Part shown: positions 54,886 through 58,364 of the stretch, in pieces | Position numbering within the stretch: the first letter of the stretch is position 1 | How the letters are laid out: every line of letters begins with the position of its first letter | Source of the DNA: Marine Group II euryarchaeote MED-G34 | GTDB lineage: Archaea > Thermoplasmatota > Poseidoniia > Poseidoniales > Thalassarchaeaceae | Direction of reading: 5' to 3' | DNA: 58,364 bases | Assembly (NCBI GenBank): GCA_002457605.1 | Contig: NTJT01000005.1 | Span: forward strand, 1 to 58,364 | Notes under the pieces: model-generated | Databases searched by the model: none | The model's input: the letters and a program-made list of their open reading frames with translations, nothing else | Told to the model about the DNA's origin: nothing | Position numbers and translations under genes: made by a program

Positions 54886-55646
54886 ATCGCACGAGGATTC
54901 ACTGGCTCGTAGGCGAAGGTTTACCTGAGCACGCGGCGATACTTGAGGCGGTGCCTGGTGTGGGCAACGTCGGCAAGATAGTGGTCGACTCTCTAGTGGA
55001 TAAACACCCCTCGCGGGCCATAGGGTGGATTCTACATCCTGACTTCCCCCCGCATTCAACACTAGACGATAATGGGCTCGTCTCACCTCCTCGCATCAAC
55101 ATCAATTCGATCTTACTCCCCGACGGTAGGACGGTAATCACAGTTGGAGGACCATTGCAGCCGATGACAGCTGCCGGACAGCACGAGGTCTCCGAGGCAA
55201 TTCTTGAGATGGCTTCGGAATCAGGCACCCCTCAACTGCTAGTGTTGGCTGGTCTCGCAGCAGGTACTGATGACAGGGAGATTCACGTAATCTGCGCCGA
55301 TGCCGAAGTCAGAAAGAATCTCGAGGGCAATGACATCCCAGTTAGCAGGGAGCACCCTAAGGCAGGCATGATAGGAATAGCAGGTTTGCTGATATCCCTC
55401 TCACCCCTATATGGTGTTCCCGCGGTTGGCCTTGTGGCAGAGACCATAGGAGCCAGCACCGATGTGCTAGCAGCCGACCGTCTGGCTTCGTGGATAGGAG
55501 CAGGGTTGGACCTCCCTCTGGACCTAGATCTCGATTCAACTGAAGAGACAGCTAGGAAACTGATGGAAACTATGGAAGTCGGTGGCACAATAGAGGAGAC
55601 ACTCGGTGCATCAGAGACTGAAGGTTCGAGGGACTTTTACGTCTAA
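54882..55646 (+). CDS. PAC2-family proteasome assembly chaperone
   Basis: EAVPGVGNVGKI, GPLQP, IGIAGLL, LVAET; conserved operon position. Confidence 0.88.
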   Translation: MNRTRIHWLVGEGLPEHAAILEAVPGVGNVGKIVVDSLVDKHPSRAIGWILHPDFPPHSTLDDNGLVSPPRININSILLPDGRTVITVGGPLQPMTAAGQHEVSEAILEMASESGTPQLLVLAGLAAGTDDREIHVICADAEVRKNLEGNDIPVSREHPKAGMIGIAGLLISLSPLYGVPAVGLVAETIGASTDVLAADRLASWIGAGLDLPLDLDLDSTEETARKLMETMEVGGTIEETLGASETEGSRDFYV

Positions 55647-55658
55647 GATTGACTCAAG

Positions 55659-55859
55659 TCAACCGCCAGATGAGACCACAATCAACTCTAGACTGATATC
55701 GGACTCAATACGGGATGTGTGAGGTACGATTGTATCTCCGTGAACCGCAAGAACAGTAGATGCCGGTATGCCTAGTTTCTCAAGTAGCTCTGATATTGTG
55801 ATTGGCCCCTCTGATTCGACCGGGAGCACTTCTCCATCATGGCTGACCTCGATTCGCAT
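55659..55859 (-). CDS. ThiS/SAMP2-like ubiquitin-like protein
   Basis: 66 aa, TISELLEKLGI...ELIVVSSGG C-terminal diglycine. Confidence 0.88.
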   Translation of the reverse strand: MRIEVSHDGEVLPVESEGPITISELLEKLGIPASTVLAVHGDTIVPHTSRIESDISLELIVVSSGG

Positions 55860-55913
55860 GGCCCTTGCGTATCGGGTCATGCTTATCTCTAATCCGTAGG
55901 TGGCTGGACCGCT

Positions 55914-55999
55914 GCCGAGATCGCATAGCCCGGTATTGCGGTGGATTCGAAATCCACTGTCCATTGGACGCGGGGGTTCAAATCCCTCTCTCGGCGCCA
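55914..55999 (+). tRNA. tRNA-Ser(CGA)
   Basis: GCCGAGA...GTGGA-TTCGAAA-TCCAC, long variable arm GTCCATTGGAC, GGTTCAAATCC, TCTCGGCGCCA. Confidence 0.95.
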
Positions 56000-57841
56000 C
56001 TAAAACTCTGGGACTTCTGAGGCGTTTCGAAGAATGACTAGGCGACCGCCTGGGCCAATCCTAACTTGCGGCTGTCCGTTGAACTCCCCTATCTCCCCGT
56101 TCAACACCGCTATCTCATCGCCCCTCGCCACCCCTGCTGCCGCTAAGGGGATGAACTGCCTGAATGCGACTACTCCGGCAGAACCAGTCTGGTCGACCAT
56201 CGTCACTGACCACCTTGTCACCCCCTCTCCATCCGGGAAGGCGTTTACCGACCACACCCTGCCGATTGCATTGACCTTGGTCTCTATGTCTACGATGGGG
56301 GCGGATTCGGACTCGCCCGCGATTGCCACCGAGGACTTCTCGTCGAGATCGAGAACAACCTCTCCCTTCCACACCGATGCCATAGCATTCTCGATGCGCA
56401 CCCTGCTGCCATTGGAAATAGAGCGGGTCACTTCCTTCGGAGTGCCATAGCGTGAGGGTTGGACCTTGGCACGATCGTAGCCCTCCTGCAGCATGAATGA
56501 AAGTTCCACCGAGCCGTCAGCCATTAGGTTAGGTCCACGCAAACCTGAGACATCTCCGACGACGTTGACACGAGTCACTATTTCTCCGAGCGGAGTTACG
56601 GGCCAGCGGTGGCCAAAGCGCTCAATGCTACGCTCGAGAGGAAGTTCGAGTTCGTGGTTGCTACCCTCACATACGCCTCGCAACTGACAGCGTTTGCAAC
56701 GCGCTCTGGGGTCAGAGTCAATGGGTGTTTCAGAAGGTATGCCTCCTTCGTCGAAATATCGTAGCGGTGCCGGATCGGGTCGGCACTCGTCAATCGAGGG
56801 GTTGCGAGCGTGAATAGTCTGATACAGATCTTCAAGCTCCACACTGAGAGTCTGCATCTCCTCCTGATTCGGCTTAGGCACATCCTTGATAGTGCCAGTT
56901 CCAAGATACCAGATTTCTAGTGCTTCAACCTCATCTGCCCTGCCATGAGTCTCCCACCACAGCCAACAATACAGGCGCAGTTGGTCGATGTAACCACCTG
57001 AGCGGTCGCCCCTTCCTATCGAAGCCTTGAGGTCGATAATCCGGATGGCGCCTGTCCAGTAGTACACCATATCGTATTCTCCCTGAAACCACTCTTCGGG
57101 ATGTGAAGTGGTCTGCTTCCACTGCCCGGCATCGGGGTCAACGAACCACGGTCTGGCTACCTCCCATGCCTCACACCAAGTGATGTCGCCCGAGTCAAGT
57201 GCGGCAGGGTGCTTCTCAATCCAAGTACGTGGGAAGCCATCTGGGGCAGGCCACTGACCCCTGATTCCACCTGCACGCCACTGAGTGAACCTTGGTCCAC
57301 CTCCGGCCTCTAAACAGGCTTCAACCTGGTCGAGGTGCATCCTGATGCCAGCCCGTGTCATCTCGAGTGCTTCTTCAGGATCAGCATCTGCAACCGAGCC
57401 GGAGCGGTTGGGAGATGATTCCCAATCTGCGACGGCCGCCTCCCAGCAGACATCGAAGTGAACCTCAACACGGGACAATGCCCAAGCCTCGAGGGATTGC
57501 CTGTCAGAGGGCCACTGCTCCTCAGGCAACTCAGACATTGCAGGACCGGGCCATGCATTCTGATTGTCATAGTCGAGTGAGCCATCATCGAGCAAAGGGG
57601 ATGTCATTTCGTCGGCTGAATCGGCTGAAACTAGAACGGGAGAGTCCCTGAGAACGCGGCAGACGCATTCCTCTGCAGCGTTACCGCGGATGATCTGAGG
57701 TGGTAAGGGGCTCTTCAGCCGCTCTATGTAAGTGTAGTACCAGAGCCTGTTACAGGACTTCCAAGTGATTACTTGCGAGGCTGAAAGTCTGCGGAACGGA
57801 TTAACTCCGGCGGCTTGAGGCTCCCCTATCCTAACCGGCAT
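56000..57841 (-). CDS. PD-(D/E)xK (Cas4/AddB-like, Fe-S) nuclease fused to two C-terminal OB folds
   Basis: LSASQV..WKSC, RG, GEYDMV...IIDLKAS, QLRLY, CKRCQLRGVC; RPA-like VNVVGDV...VRIENA..WKGEV.L and VNAIGRV...DQTGS..VAF...EFNGQPQVRIG. Confidence 0.85.
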   Translation of the reverse strand: MPVRIGEPQAAGVNPFRRLSASQVITWKSCNRLWYYTYIERLKSPLPPQIIRGNAAEECVCRVLRDSPVLVSADSADEMTSPLLDDGSLDYDNQNAWPGPAMSELPEEQWPSDRQSLEAWALSRVEVHFDVCWEAAVADWESSPNRSGSVADADPEEALEMTRAGIRMHLDQVEACLEAGGGPRFTQWRAGGIRGQWPAPDGFPRTWIEKHPAALDSGDITWCEAWEVARPWFVDPDAGQWKQTTSHPEEWFQGEYDMVYYWTGAIRIIDLKASIGRGDRSGGYIDQLRLYCWLWWETHGRADEVEALEIWYLGTGTIKDVPKPNQEEMQTLSVELEDLYQTIHARNPSIDECRPDPAPLRYFDEGGIPSETPIDSDPRARCKRCQLRGVCEGSNHELELPLERSIERFGHRWPVTPLGEIVTRVNVVGDVSGLRGPNLMADGSVELSFMLQEGYDRAKVQPSRYGTPKEVTRSISNGSRVRIENAMASVWKGEVVLDLDEKSSVAIAGESESAPIVDIETKVNAIGRVWSVNAFPDGEGVTRWSVTMVDQTGSAGVVAFRQFIPLAAAGVARGDEIAVLNGEIGEFNGQPQVRIGPGGRLVILRNASEVPEF

Positions 57842-57891
57842 GACTGGCAACGAAAGTCGAGGCTCTATGAACCCAACGAGAAGGGTTTGCT

Positions 57892-58362
57892 CTATCTATT
57901 GTCATTGAGCCAGACCACCGTGACCTCCATCCTCTCAAAGGTCGGTGTGACTTCCACCATGGCGACTGGAGCATCGACGTGTTCGGCTATCAACTCAGCC
58001 ACGACAAGTGGAAGTTCGATGCGCTGGTTATCTGGGTCCCACAACATGAACCTATGCGGTAGGTCGGTCTGCTCGGCTATCTCCTCTATCCACAATTCTT
58101 GGTCCCCATCGGTAGCGTATACAGCACCGAACATCAGAGTCGAGTCCTCAGTCAGCGTCTCATGAGGTGCTATGGTCGCTTCGCCACGACGATGGAATCT
58201 CCTTCGCAATTGCCCGGCGTCCTTGTAAACGGCGGTGCAGAACTTCAAGTGGTAGCCATACGGGTCTCGCGTCTCTCCGTCGGTTGGATCAGGGAGGCCG
58301 CTCGCTGCGGCATTTACACGATTACGCATTACGTGCGCCAGTTCGGCTGAACCTGCAGCGCC
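57892..58362 (-). CDS. C-terminal part of a conserved archaeal protein, probably a COG2108-like radical SAM (5'-truncated)
   Basis: Frame runs open to the window end; HLKFCTAVYKDAGQLRRRF.RR and terminal EVTPTFERMEV resemble that family. The CxxxCxxC motif would lie outside the window. Confidence 0.6.
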   Translation of the reverse strand, partial: GAAGSAELAHVMRNRVNAAASGLPDPTDGETRDPYGYHLKFCTAVYKDAGQLRRRFHRRGEATIAPHETLTEDSTLMFGAVYATDGDQELWIEEIAEQTDLPHRFMLWDPDNQRIELPLVVAELIAEHVDAPVAMVEVTPTFERMEVTVVWLNDNR

Positions 58363-58364
58363 AG

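Noticed and set aside
1908-55999. tRNA introns or split tRNAs
   Set aside because: All six tRNAs have uninterrupted 7-nt anticodon loops and normal lengths.
56000-57841. CRISPR adaptation module (cas4)
   Set aside because: No cas1/cas2 or array in the window; the gene sits among housekeeping genes and has extra OB folds.

Overview
58 kb of gene-dense archaeal chromosome, most likely Marine Group II Euryarchaeota (Ca. Poseidoniales). This placement is inferred from archaeal core genes (PolD DP1, TFB, aIF2-alpha, eL37/eL42/eS27, Nop10, Nob1, PheRS/TyrRS), a PGF-CTERM thrombospondin-repeat surface protein and many bacterial-type metabolic genes. The window holds about 55 CDS and six intron-less, CCA-encoding tRNAs (Asn, Ala, Thr, Glu, Val, Ser). 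Housekeeping content covers purine synthesis, glycine cleavage, FolD, SufS/E/T, acyl-CoA dehydrogenases with ETF, and HMG-CoA synthase. I see no CRISPR array, integrase or transposase. The best candidate for an undescribed system is a six-gene cell-surface copper locus (12949-19739). It has two paralogous His-lined LVIVD-type beta-propellers, two paralogous small exported proteins whose mature chains begin with His, and two SCO copper chaperones with unusual insertions. Other notable items are a ~990-aa lipoprotein with ~25 DxDxDG beta-hairpin repeats next to a membrane-anchored wHTH regulator, a Cas4/AddB-like Fe-S nuclease fused to OB folds, a GcvH homolog lacking the lipoyl-lysine, and a bacterial class II CCA-adding enzyme. 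All calls come from motif recognition by eye; no database searches were run.
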